Below, piece after piece: positions 29,502 to 40,738 of a stretch of DNA of 64,000 nucleotides (its first letter is position 1; the number at the start of each line of letters is the position of its first letter). The translations under genes were made by a program, and so were the position numbers. The notes beneath the pieces are model-generated. The model searched no databases, was not told the DNA's origin, and was given only the letters and a program-made list of their open reading frames with translations. This DNA is from Rhizodiscina lignyota (lineage: Eukaryota), in assembly GCA_010015805.1 (NCBI GenBank), contig ML978128.1:620001-684000 (forward strand). The letters run 5' to 3'.

Positions 29502-30171
29502 GGAGAGTAGCATGGATATCTAGAGGATCTGTCTGATGGGAATGGGAGAAGGGACGTTGTGAAACCAAAGTTCAGGTTTCAGGAGGAGGCGAACAATCGA
29601 TATGAATCTCTCAATCAGCGAATCGCCAATCTACAGCAAAGCACCTCAGGGTTTTCTCTTTATTTAATTAGCTGCATCATCACAGTTTACTCATGGTGTT
29701 GACGAACAGCCATACGGCACAATGCTGACTTCTAATACGGAACGTCCGCAAAATTCAGTAACGTGATCAAAACAACGAATTTCTTAAGGGTTAAAAAAAA
29801 AACTTAGCAATAATCGTCTGGTAATTTAGACTATTGCATCGAAGTCCGAAAAATTCTAGGACGTTGGTAAGGTACTTTAATTAAAGCGTTAATAAAGTGA
29901 CTTTTAGCGGTCAAGCCTATGTTACTACAGTTTTGGTGGGGTTGGCAGCATTCCTGGCCGTGAGGCAGGGAGGGGGCTATTTCATGTCTCTAGAGCTACG
30001 ATACTCTCCGGATAGCACAAGCTCTCCAATTTTCTCTAGAAACTGTCTTCGTTATCACAGTGGGTATCTAGCTTTAAACTGATAATTCTGATATAAGCTT
30101 ATCGACTTTACTTAGTGACAACGACCCTTGCCCGCAATTTAATTGCGTTTCCCTGACACACTGACGTGGCC

Positions 30172-30855
30172 ATGTACACCACTATCAAAACATCGCAACG
30201 TACCTTTGTCACTGACCCTGAGCGATGGCTGAGTCAGAGTATATATTTCGACAATCTGTTCTCCGGAAAATGGGGCGACAAACAGGAGGATGGCTCATAC
30301 TTCATCGAAACTGACGCCCATATCTTCGAACATATCCTTCGGCATCTCCGTACCGGAGTTCTTCCAGTCTTCTACGATAGGCTGGCAGGCCACGACTTTC
30401 CACTGTACCAAGCTCTACTGGATGAATCGATGTATTTCGCCATTGATAGGCTACAAAAGTGGTTATGCGAGCGAAAATATCTAGACGCTGTCAAGATCCA
30501 CTATATCGCTACCGAGACTCACGATCGAGAAGCTTACAGAAGATTCACTACGAGTACGCCCGACGGTCGCACATTTATGGAAGAGGATCGCTTTATTGAG
30601 ATCACAACAAGCAGCAACATGGAGACTACTATAGTTCCCGTAACACAACAGCGGAACTCATTTTATTGCCCCGACGCAAAGCATGGTAAGAGTAGTGAAG
30701 AACACTGTAGGAGCTGCTTTGGCCGGGCAAGGGACGACGGAAAGATTGGATATGGTGGGTGGAGAAATGAGGACCAACTCAAGTGGTGTATCGTGCGAAA
30801 AGAAGTCGTTTTCAACCACGATCTCTGCGTCAACGCATTTTTGGGAGATAGTTAG
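30172..30855 (+). CDS. BTB/POZ (KCTD/T1-type) domain protein, intronless
   Basis: YFDNLFSGKW..QEDGSYFIETDAHIFEHILRHLRTG..ALLDESMYFAIDRLQKWL matches the pattern of fungal BTB_2 proteins. Confidence 0.75.
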   Translation: MYTTIKTSQRTFVTDPERWLSQSIYFDNLFSGKWGDKQEDGSYFIETDAHIFEHILRHLRTGVLPVFYDRLAGHDFPLYQALLDESMYFAIDRLQKWLCERKYLDAVKIHYIATETHDREAYRRFTTSTPDGRTFMEEDRFIEITTSSNMETTIVPVTQQRNSFYCPDAKHGKSSEEHCRSCFGRARDDGKIGYGGWRNEDQLKWCIVRKEVVFNHDLCVNAFLGDS

Positions 30856-31064
30856 TCACACCTCGAGTAGGCGGTACGATTTGTCGACGGTTACGGTGCT
30901 CCCGATCTCGAGCGGCCCGCATACCTCGAAGCGTGACTGGCGCAGCAGACGCGATATTGATGCTGGGTCTCAATCTCTACTCGCCGGTGTATATGACCAG
31001 TACACCAATATCGTGGCCGAGACAATAGTCTTGGGGGAGGACTTCTTTAGCGGAGGATGTTTGG

Positions 31065-31592
31065 GCGGCATTAGCGAACTTCTGTGTCTCTGTAGGCTCT
31101 GTTTGCTCATCTCATTAAGCATATAAGCATGCTTTTTGATGATTAGATTTTGTAGCGACTTCAGACCCTCTGCGGAAACGGGCGCCACCGGCGTTTTCGG
31201 TACTCCGTCCTGCGAGCAAGGCACCACCTTTGCCCTATGGGCCTTTGGACTAGATAATTCTGCTGGGGCTTTCGGTATATGTCTAAGTACTTTGTCTAGT
31301 TTAAATAGGAATGACCTACTTCTAGCGAAGCCGGCCTTGATGTTCTTAGCTGTGAACGCTCTTCCCTTTACAGGGCTGAAGAGCGAGGTGAAATGCTCTT
31401 AACTAATTGTACTGGTACTACCTCGCTCTAATCGTTCGACTTGCTCGCGACAAGCTGGTTTGAGTGGGGCGAACACTACGATATCGTAGGGCTGAAGCTT
31501 GTGGGAGGTATGAGAGGGAAGACAACATAGGATAATGTTGTTTTCGAAACAATGCTCTAAGATCTCGATGGTCTCATGCGTTCTGAAGCAAT
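31065..31592 (-). mobile_element. Decayed Fot1/pogo-family DDE transposase fragment
   Basis: Minus-strand translation THETIEILEHCFENNIILCCLPSHTSHKLQPYDIVVFAPLK..REQVERLERG..IS*EHFTSLFSP..RAFTAKNIKAGF..PKTPVAPVSAEGL matches the C-terminal half of a Fot1-type DDE transposase. It has an in-frame stop and no N-terminus. Confidence 0.85.
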
Positions 31593-31807
31593 CGCTCTCT
31601 TCAACAGTTAGCGAGAGAATAAAAATTCCCCTGTGGCAACCATGGGGACAAATCTCTTATGAGCTCACTTGGACCTTTCCATCGATACTCAAGTTGATTC
31701 TGCCGTTAGAATCGTGCTTTGTCATTTGCCATCATCATCATCATACATCCATCCGATAAGCCCACCAGCGCCATGCTATGTGCAGAGGTATATAAAATCA
31801 AAAGCAC

Positions 31808-32943
31808 TCATTTCTTTTTACCCCAGAAGACTCTGTTCAATTCGTTGCATGCCATCTGATAGTGTTCTTTGACACCAGGCATCACCCTAAGTGGATTCGG
31901 CGCCTTGTCCCACGCGTGTGATACTCCAGGGATGCAGTGGTAGACGACATTCTTGTGCTGCTCTTTTATCAACCGGTCCCGCAGCCTCTCGCCTTCCGCA
32001 AGAAGCATGTCCCACTCGCAGGTGAACATAACGATTTCGTCGGGCAGACCAGCAAGCATGTAGTCTGGAGCAACGCCCGGACTAAGATATGGGTTGCTCC
32101 GGTCTAGCGTCGGAGGTTGAAGATACGAATCGTCGAACAACTCGAAGAAGACCGCAGGCAACTGCTGGTCCGGTCGTGCACAGGTTAGCCGTCGCTGCTG
32201 GCGGCTCTGTGTGTAGTCCGTGCTAGGATACCAGGATACAATCGCCACTATTTTTATCTCCTTGTGCACGTCCACCAGTGTGCGTCCCATGCTTAGGCCC
32301 TTTTGTATGAGACTTTCAGCGGATGAGTTGGGGGTCGCTTCAGATAGCATCTCCTCCTGCAAGCGTAGCGGTACGGTGAACGCCATGTTGCCGCCAGAGG
32401 AGAAGCCGCTGATGGCGAAACGGTCGGCATCGAGGTTGAGTTGTTCCGCGTTGGATGCTAGCCAGAGGACGGCATCGACTCCGTCTTCAACTGCCGTGGG
32501 AAAAGGGTGTTCTGGAGCCCTCCGGTATTCCACTCCTACGACGACAGCACCTGTCTCCTGCACAACAGCATCTGCCCATCTAGCATCGTCCATGGTCTCT
32601 CCCAAGGTAAATCCACCTCCGTGGAAATTTATACACTTTACCTAAATGTTAGTATGATAGTCGACCTTGTGGATTCTACTAGAATATAGCGGTTACGTAC
32701 AACTGGATATCGTTTGCTAGCATCGCCCTTCTCCTTCTCCTCTTCATAGCCTTTCGGCACGTAAAACCGCAGCTTAATAGCTCCCTTCTTTTCTGCTACC
32801 GTTGTCTTGATCTCCCTCGAGAAGTTGGGGCGTGGTGGTCGAGGCGAGGCAAGTTTGTGAAGGAACATGCCAATTTGCATGAGGGAGCGCCAGAACAGTG
32901 CCTGGACATGGAGAACCCATCGCGGTCGACCTCGTTCAGCCAT
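31808..32943 (-). CDS. Alpha/beta-hydrolase (hormone-sensitive-lipase family esterase)
   Basis: NFHGGGFTLG oxyanion motif, YRRAPEHPFP, GFSSGG nucleophile, EWD and SHAW. One intron from donor 32700 to acceptor 32642 or 32636 (both in frame). Confidence 0.9.
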
Positions 32944-33602
32944 GACGGGTATTGGAACGCATGTGGGTTGAGCCTTTCTTCTGCTCGTGCGACCGTTGAT
33001 AAGGGTCCTGCGAGGATTGATGAAACTAGAGGACAAGAGTAACAACCAAGGATTCGGTTTAAGGCCAGGATTCGGGATAAAAGGTTGCAGAAGTAGTGTA
33101 CAAAGCTGAGTTTTCACAATTGAGCGGCAGGAAGACTTGAAGCGCTGGCAAGCCAGGCTAGTTTCAAGGTCTTGTTTCTTGGCCAAGCACCGCAGCGTGA
33201 CATCATCAGGAATAGTATCTGCCAAGATTTTGAGATCCAAGGCGTTCTCCGCTCCAATCGAGCTTTTCCAGAGCAGAACAATCTCCACCAATTGACTTCG
33301 AGCCTCCGCCAACATGTTATAGGTTTATTGCGATGGGAGGCCCCATCAATGCGACGAGTCTGAGCTAATTACAATGCAAAAGTACAGAGAAAGCCAGTGA
33401 TACCGCAGGGCTGTCCAGTCTCCAGCGCCAGAATATAATGCACGCTGGTATCATCCCGAACGCCCACGCAATGCAAGTCCAGATCCATCGACCGTCCGAA
33501 CGCCAGAAAACAGGAAATCCAATTGTAACAATATCATAACGCCGTAACCAGGAAGGGAAGAAGGCAGTCTGATCGCATCAGCCCAGCAACCTCGCCTCAT
33601 CC

Positions 33603-34219
33603 TCAAACGAACTCGTAGTCTGCATCCTCCGCAATAGCTGGCACAGCGACTTCGTCACCCTTCTTGCCCTTCCTTCCACGCACCGCCTTAGCCGCGACGC
33701 TCTCACCATTGTGGTCGAGGACGTCGTACTCGTCCTTCACGATCTTGTCCGTCATATTGCTCTCGAAGCGCTCCACAGCTTTGGCGAGGGCGGCGTTGAG
33801 AATCTGACTGCCGTGGTTTGGGCCTTTCTGGCTGTCATAGCTGTAAAATATTTCAGAGGAGGGTGTCGGTGCCGCGGAAGCCTCGACAATATCTTCATCG
33901 ACTGAGGAATCGCTTTGAGACGCATAGTCTGTGCCGGAGACGATCTCCTGGACTTGAGCCGACTTGAGGGCGGGACGCTTAGAGCGCTTAGGAGAGGCGG
34001 CCCTGGGATTACAAACAAGCCTCAGCAAGGACTGGAAATCACAGAAGGGGTGATATGAGCATACCTCTGGCCTAGCTTCACTGGACGACCATGTTGGTCA
34101 GGAAGTCGACCTGGGCCGAAGGCAACGCCATGAGCCCATTTCTTCTGTTCGTGGTCGCGTTTGTAATCTATGGAAGCGCTGCGGAGATCATTGGTACTGA
34201 ATGTCGGGGCCGCAGACAT
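33603..34219 (-). CDS. Uncharacterised ~184 aa fungal protein, two exons
   Basis: Exons 34219-34065 and 34002-33603 are joined by a GTATGC...CAG intron that keeps frame. Coding-like codon usage. Confidence 0.75.
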
Positions 34220-37186
34220 TGGGTTTGGAGATGATGCGTTGGATGGAGAGAATGTAGAGCTTGAACTTGGCGAGAACAGCTCGGCTGGAAGGTTATGGAA
34301 CGTATTCAGTGGAAGCTCGGAGGGAAGAGAACAGGTATCTGGGTGTAGTGTGGAGCTGCAGGAAGTCGCTCGGAGGTAGGTTTATCAAGGACGGAATGAG
34401 TCGACGTCTCGGCTTGAGTCAGATGTGCTGTGCAAGTGAGTGAGGCTCTGTCTCAGCAAGCAGGCACGAGAAGGAAACCTCTGGAATGAGTTCGAGGCTG
34501 AGCTGACTAGGCAATCGCGTATTGGTGTTGCTGAGCGTGGAGAACAAAGAGGTAGCAAGAGCGTATGACACCTGCTACTAGCTTGTCAACAAAGGGACGG
34601 GAGCGTACGGTAATAAAGGTACGCGCGGGGGGCTGTTGATGGATGATTAGAGGGGAGCTTCGGCTGCGACCACTCAGCCAGCATCATGCGGAGCGCTGCC
34701 CTTCGTGGTTGACCTTATCTGGAGCTCACGCTCGCAGGCTAGCTTGGTACGGAGGGCAGCGCGTCACTGTATCACTGGGCCAGCTCCTTGAACTCCCGAC
34801 TGGCCGAGGTGGATGAGGCCTGTCCGATGATGCGTGTGTGGCTTTGAGCTCGCCAGTTGCGCCATTGCGCGTTGAGCGTGTCATCCCGTGCCCGGATCGA
34901 GCTCCAGCTGCCTGCGACATGTTTGTGGTTTGGAGCTTCGCAAGTTGGCACGCGCCCCAAGCTGTGCCAGGAACGGCGCCGGACCAGCCGCCAGCGAGCG
35001 AATGAGACGTTGGCCAGGCCAACGTGATCTTCTCCGCAGCGGGCCAAGTGACTTGCATGATCAAAGCAATAATAGCAACATGCGTCCAGATTCGTCCTCA
35101 TGGATGGCCGGAAGACGTCACCCTTCTCTGATTCTCCCAGAAACGTGGAAGCTTGGAGGCCTCGTCATCCAGGGCTCTCTCCCGCCGTTTCTGATGCGAT
35201 TATGATATGCGATCGCGATTCGGTACCAAGATTCCCATGTCGTCCTGGCCTCAGATTCAGGTTTCGGGGTGGCGGGACGGTGGGCTTAAAATGCCATGCC
35301 GAGGGTGCCATTTTGTAGCACAGCTTGAGTCACATGATGACTCTTGAGGTGCACTCGAGTTCGACAATATAAGAATGCCAACCTTTCGTCTTGAGTGCCA
35401 ATCTTATCACGAAGCCAACGCCACTGGAACAGGCGCCTGCTCATGACCTCAGATCCTTGGTTCTGTTGACCTTCTGCAACTACCGATCTCGTCTAGGTCC
35501 TAGATCGAGCCTTGTCAGGTCTCCTTCATGAAGGGGCCGGTCACGTACATGCGATATCTCCCTACAGATCAGACGCTTTTGTTATCTCAATAGATTTACT
35601 TTCTTTGAAAGACGATTTCGCACACCCACTCTTTTTCATAGTCTGAGAAGCACGTGTTTTCTTCGTGATAATGAAGCCCTTAGCGATGTCTAGTCAACGT
35701 GTGCCCACGTCTATCAAGAGCTCCTGGTGCGGGATTGTCTGAATCGATGCCGTACCTTTTGTATCTGCTCGATTCTTCTCTTATATTTGCCAGTTCCTTA
35801 TAAGTTCCGTAATGATCACCACTTCGCTTTTGCCTCTGACACACCATGGCCCGGTATCGCCCAAAACATCACTTTGGGACCATCGATCTCCAGTAATCAG
35901 TCGGGGAATGATCTCACCCGCAGACAACCGGCGGATTGCCCTCAATAATAGGATGTCCTTATCTCATCGAGACGACAGCTCGCCGCGTGCAGCATCCAGG
36001 TATGGTTCGGCATCCCACCGACCACGGCATCTTTCCGGTGACAGATGGCACACGAGACTCAGGGAGGAGCATCATGTTGATGAATGCATTTTACTCGCAG
36101 ATCATCGGGCCCGTCGTCTCATCCCGTAAAGATCAGGAAGCATCATCAACTTTGCTTGAGCAGCATCGTCCGGTACGTTCTTGAGTCAGCCGTGCCAATT
36201 TTGACCACCATAACACGCGAGATACTAATCCGATGGAACTTGCTATGGCAGAAAGTGAGTAATCAGGAAATATGTAAGCAACGCAAACTAAACCAAGTCT
36301 CGAGTCGACGCATGAATCCCATGAAAACAATTCCTACCACACGGTCTTGGTACTGGACCAGATCCAAATGTAGATCCCCTTTCTAAATAACAAGAACGAC
36401 TTTGCATATTGGCACAACTCTGGCGAGGAGTAGAGGATTTCCACATATTGTGCATTTTCCACATCGGAGTATGAGATTTTGGATTTGGACAAATGACTCA
36501 TGTTCGCCAAGTCTGGCGTTAGCTAGGAGAGGAGAGATTTCGAATTGGGTGGCGGATGATATTACGTGGTGATACTCCATGGTCCTAGAGTAATTGTAGA
36601 TCCATTCTTTTCAGGATCTAAGTACATAAGCCGCCTGAGCGTCCAGAATGTCGATTATGTGAAGCCTAAAAGGGAACTCTGACGAGATTTTCGATGCAGG
36701 AGGCGTCGCCAGGATAGAAAGTAGATATTCGAGATATTCGAGCGCATGATAGCTTAAATTGGAAATATACAGAGGAAGTTAATTGCAATCCATTGTATTC
36801 CAGGAGTCTCAATGGCCGTCTCTGGCTTTTGAATATCGACTGACGAAGCCGCGCCAATTCAAGTCGCGACACCGAAGAAGCCATGAGCAGCGAACAGCCA
36901 GCCTTATTAATTTTACTCGCGCGAGATCCATGAAGCAATAACTTCGATGAGAAATGTAAGGGCATATTGAGCAAAGATGCAGCTAGTTTAACTGCTGCCC
37001 CAATCCGGTTTAGCTTCAGATCAGACGACGACCGGACGACATAAAATCTCCCCGACTCACAGCAATTCGTACTTCCTCATAAGGCACCTCAAGAACAGTG
37101 TGAAAGATGGCCAACCTTCAGCCTCTCGGTCATCTGCGAACCTACAGCCCTTTTGTTAGTCTATTGTCCCGAGCACGTGTCAAACC

Positions 37187-38868
37187 ATGTTCCAATTCAT
37201 CAACATCCATCTGGCATCGGACGCCAAACCGTCCGATCCACAGACGCGAAAGCGGATTCGGAAGCAAGCAATGCTTGCATCTGCCAAAATGGCGAGAAAA
37301 CGGAGGGAAAAGAACCCGCAATTCATATTCAAGCTTCACACACCTGTTGAGAATGCTGGTGAAGGTTCGTCGTCTAAGCAGACGATGGCCATCCGGCCAG
37401 CGGCATCTTCGTCTAAAACCATTGAGAAATCAAAATACGGGGATGTCTTGACGCTAGGGGTAGAGAATCCGTTCCCTCTCTTGCCTTGGTTATACAATGA
37501 TCCAGGATCTGGGCGTAGAAACCCGTTCGTAAGGTATCCAATAGCCATGAGCCTGAAGACCCATGCGATCATTGATACTCGTAAGTCTCTCCATCCCTGT
37601 GCGTCGCAGGATCCCGATATAGCAGTACCCTCCTGCACTGGCACCCACTTCCTTCTCCTGGATCTCAGGATTGCGTAGGAGCAGTAATCAAACCCTTATG
37701 GCTCTCGACACCCAGACGCCCGTTAGATGGATTCTTGAATACTGATTTGTCGTGTCTAGTTTTCAACGACCCATCAGGTGGTTTCTGTCCATTCCGGGAG
37801 TTCTGGTACCCTGCGAGTCTGACTGACCCGGCTGCGTTTCATCAGACGCTGTCCAACATCTGCACCAACTTGGCTGCACAGCACCCAGATGACGAAGAGA
37901 CACCGAAGCTCTCTGTCATCCACCACAGTCTTGCAATACGCTCTGTTAGCGAACGCCTGAATGATTTCCAGCCGAATGAGGCTGCTGGTATTATAACTAC
38001 CGTCCTTTCTCTGGCAGCACATTCGAATATTACCGCCAACTACCCGGGATTCGTCTCGCATATGGATGCCATCTCAAGAATTGCTCAGCTTGCTGGAGGA
38101 ATCAAGGCCATTCCACTCGCAAAGCAGACACGGTTGCTTGTTTTCCTCGTAGAGGTCAATGGCATCACCAGAAAGGACGAATATCCACGCTTGCCGATGC
38201 CAGTCGATCTGATTCCCAGTAGCGACGAATTTCTTCCTCCTGGCTGGTCGAGGAAGGATCCGATCACTCTACCCGATCCTCTACAAAGTGTCATCAGGGC
38301 TGAAGATATTGAGCTATCCCAGCGGCTCCGGGATCTTTACAGACTCGGCGCGGTACTAAATTTCAACTTCTCGGCCAGACGAATGGTCTGGGATGAGACG
38401 AAAATATCCGCTGCCTGTATCAGTCCTCTCTTACAAGGACTTCTGATGCTTCGGCCAGAAGCCGTCGATGTCGAGGACCCGTTGAGTGCTCTCAGAGAGG
38501 CAGTCAGAATAGCTGCCCTCATCGCTCTCGCGCCTGTACGAAGAGGACTTGGAACCTTCGAGGTTTTCAGCGATGCCCTTGTTGGGAAGCTACAAGACCT
38601 TCTGTGCCAACATCTTCAGCCAGGTAATATTAGTGAAGCTGTGGCCTCGAGAGCACCACTGATATTCTGGCTTCTCATGACGGGAGCTGTACAAGCGGTA
38701 GAAACTGAACATGCTCTTTGGTTCCGCCAATGGATCTTCGAATGTTCTGGCATCTTGGACATCCGTGGCTGGCTAAGTGCGCGCTCCTTGCTGGCAGAGA
38801 TCTTTTGGATTGACGAAGTCCATACTCCTCCAGGAATGGTGGTGTGGGCTGAGGTGCGGGCGATATAG
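37187..38868 (+). CDS. Fungal-specific transcription-factor-like protein (basic N-terminus plus helical Fungal_trans_2/DUF3468-like domain, no Zn2Cys6 cluster)
   Basis: N-terminus FQFIN..RKRIRKQAM, GSGRRNPF..YPI and DPAAFHQ..H..AIRSV..RL..HMDAI..AGGI pattern. Intron 37581-37759 keeps frame. Confidence 0.65.
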
Positions 38869-39267
38869 ATGCGAAATTGCACGAAATCGGATTCCTGCAA
38901 ATACCCAGACCGAATAATGAACGTCGGATTGGCACGCACTCCTTTGGACGAGCCCTGCTGTGGAAACTAGCGAAACTCTGGCGTGTTATGAATTCGATGC
39001 GTAGTTTGTGCTCTCGCGTGGAAAGAGTCGCAGTGTGAACATATTGTCTGAGGAAGGATATTCGTGATTTGCGAAGAATGGTAGTCAAAGTAAGTGTCAA
39101 GATCCTTTAGGTTTACGGCGTGAACCAGTGGTGTTATCTCGTTATCCTTCTTATGTTTATCTTCCAATTTGTTTTAAGTCATAAAGCTTGGGGTATGGCT
39201 TACCATGGGTACCCGAGCGCAGTAAAATTGTTGTTGACTATATAATTAGTTTCAGATTGCCTTACCA

Positions 39268-39470
39268 ATGCCTTCGGGCATATGGTGTAGTCTGGTGATC
39301 GGAGATTAAACTGAAAAGAACGGGTACGGTTAACGTGTTGCAGGGCGGTTCGATCCCCGAAGGGATCAAAATACTAACATTTAGGCGCTCAGTGACGGAC
39401 AGCACCTTCTCGTGGTACTGGGTGTAAGTAATCTTCTTAAGATGAAACTAAGACTGTCCATTATTTTTTT
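39268..39470 (+). ncRNA. Unidentified Pol III-type structured ncRNA gene with a spliceosomal intron (39324-39384) containing the B box
   Basis: TATATAAT at 39239. Hairpin ATGCC-TTCG-GGCAT at 39268-39281. A-box-like TGGTGTAGTCTGG at 39283-39295. Donor GTACGG at 39324. B box GGTTCGATCCC at 39347-39357. Perfect branch point TACTAAC at 39372-39378. Acceptor TAG ending 39384. Stem GGACAG/CTGTCC. T7 run at 39464-39470. Confidence 0.7.
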
Positions 39471-40212
39471 GGCATTTTTTTTCCTATGTAACTATAGCTA
39501 ACGATTCACCAAGATGTTGCACAGTTGTTCTGAATGAAGGCACTCGCATTCTTTTTTTTTTTTGGGATTTCTATTCATTGGCAATGCACGTGACAGAATT
39601 TTGCAGTGCCTTGAACCTCTTTATTCTCTCTGAGCTAACTGGTTCTGTAGGGATGCCAGTACGGTTATGCTTTAAGCGCACAGAGCTCGTAATGGCGCGA
39701 ATTAAGCTAGTACTGCCTTGTTGGCCTCGTCAAACTGCGTCACGAGATCGTTGAATACACTTTCCATAGCCGCTATCTCGAAACCCCTGACGAAGCTGCG
39801 AAGTCAATATGAGATTGATAACGTTTGGGTCGAGCAAGAGTGTAGACGTGAATATTTGGTCTCAGCATGCTCAGTTCAGAGACTCTGTCAGCTGGCGGCG
39901 TCTGGTGCAGCAAAAGTCAAGGATATATGGGCAGCGAGGAAGCTGGAGCTTTCCGTTTCGCTCCCAAAGGGCCAGGAGACCCTTTGATTAACTTTCACAC
40001 ACGTGAACTACTCACTCGAACGGTCGAACTCATTTCTTTTCCACAACCTCTGCACGCATAACTCTGAGAGCTGAATCCTCAACGCCTTCCATCCACTTTC
40101 TGCGAAAAATCCTCTCTGATCACACTCTCTCAATAACTCGCGGATAACACAATACGCACCTCCTCCACGGCACCATCCATCAAATCACCAAACGCGCACA
40201 AACACACGCACC

Positions 40213-40738
40213 ATGGCGCAATCTGCACCCACCTTCCTCGGCCTGCCGACCGAGCTGCGCCAGAAAATCCTCGACGAAGCTGCACAAGTCGTTCCATTAC
40301 CACAATCCCATACCAGGGAAGTCAATCCCGACTATTACGACGCAGTCGCCTACTACATCTCCCGGCGGAGGACGATCCGCGCGGTGCTAGCTGTCAACAA
40401 GCTATTGCACCAGGAGATGGTGAACGTTGTGGAGGTGCAAGAGCAGAAGTTTGTGGCGGAACTACCGCGCCTCCGCGAGCAGTACAGGGCCGCGATAGCG
40501 GTCTACTTGGACGAAGACACCGTGCTGTGTGTCGTGAACGAACAACACGAATTCAGCCAGGTTCAAGTCCGCAAGGGCCGTCGTGTGGCAGCGGTACCGA
40601 GTGGAGGGGCTTCTGTGGCGGCGTAGAGGAGGAGGAGATCAAGCAGAGAGGGATCTACGATTGGATCCGACGAGGTTCACAAGATGTCCTGGGAGCATTG
40701 CGGGTTTGGAATTGGGCACGACGTTTATATTGCACTTA
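40213..40738 (+). CDS. Hypothetical protein with an F-box-like N-terminal motif; 3' end uncertain (possible frameshift)
   Basis: ATG in CACCATGG context and PTFLGLPTELRQKIL motif. The ORF stops at 40626, but coding-like sequence continues in another frame to ~40738. Confidence 0.45.

Noticed and set aside
35700..37000. Possible gene relic in the long intergenic region
   Set aside because: Only short ORFs without recognisable motifs; no family could be supported.
39276..39360. tRNA gene suggested by the A and B boxes
   Set aside because: No acceptor stem, anticodon arm or cloverleaf can be built, and the B box lies between a splice donor and a perfect branch point.
39268..39470. Canonical U6 snRNA
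   Set aside because: The 5' hairpin is U6-like, but ACAGAGAAGATTAGCATGGCCCCTG is absent from both the spliced and unspliced sequence.
39424..39513. Second intron in the ncRNA (GTAAGT...GCTAAC...AAG)
   Set aside because: It would contain two oligo-T Pol III terminators and destroy the GGACAG/CTGTCC stem. It remains possible only if the locus is transcribed by Pol II.
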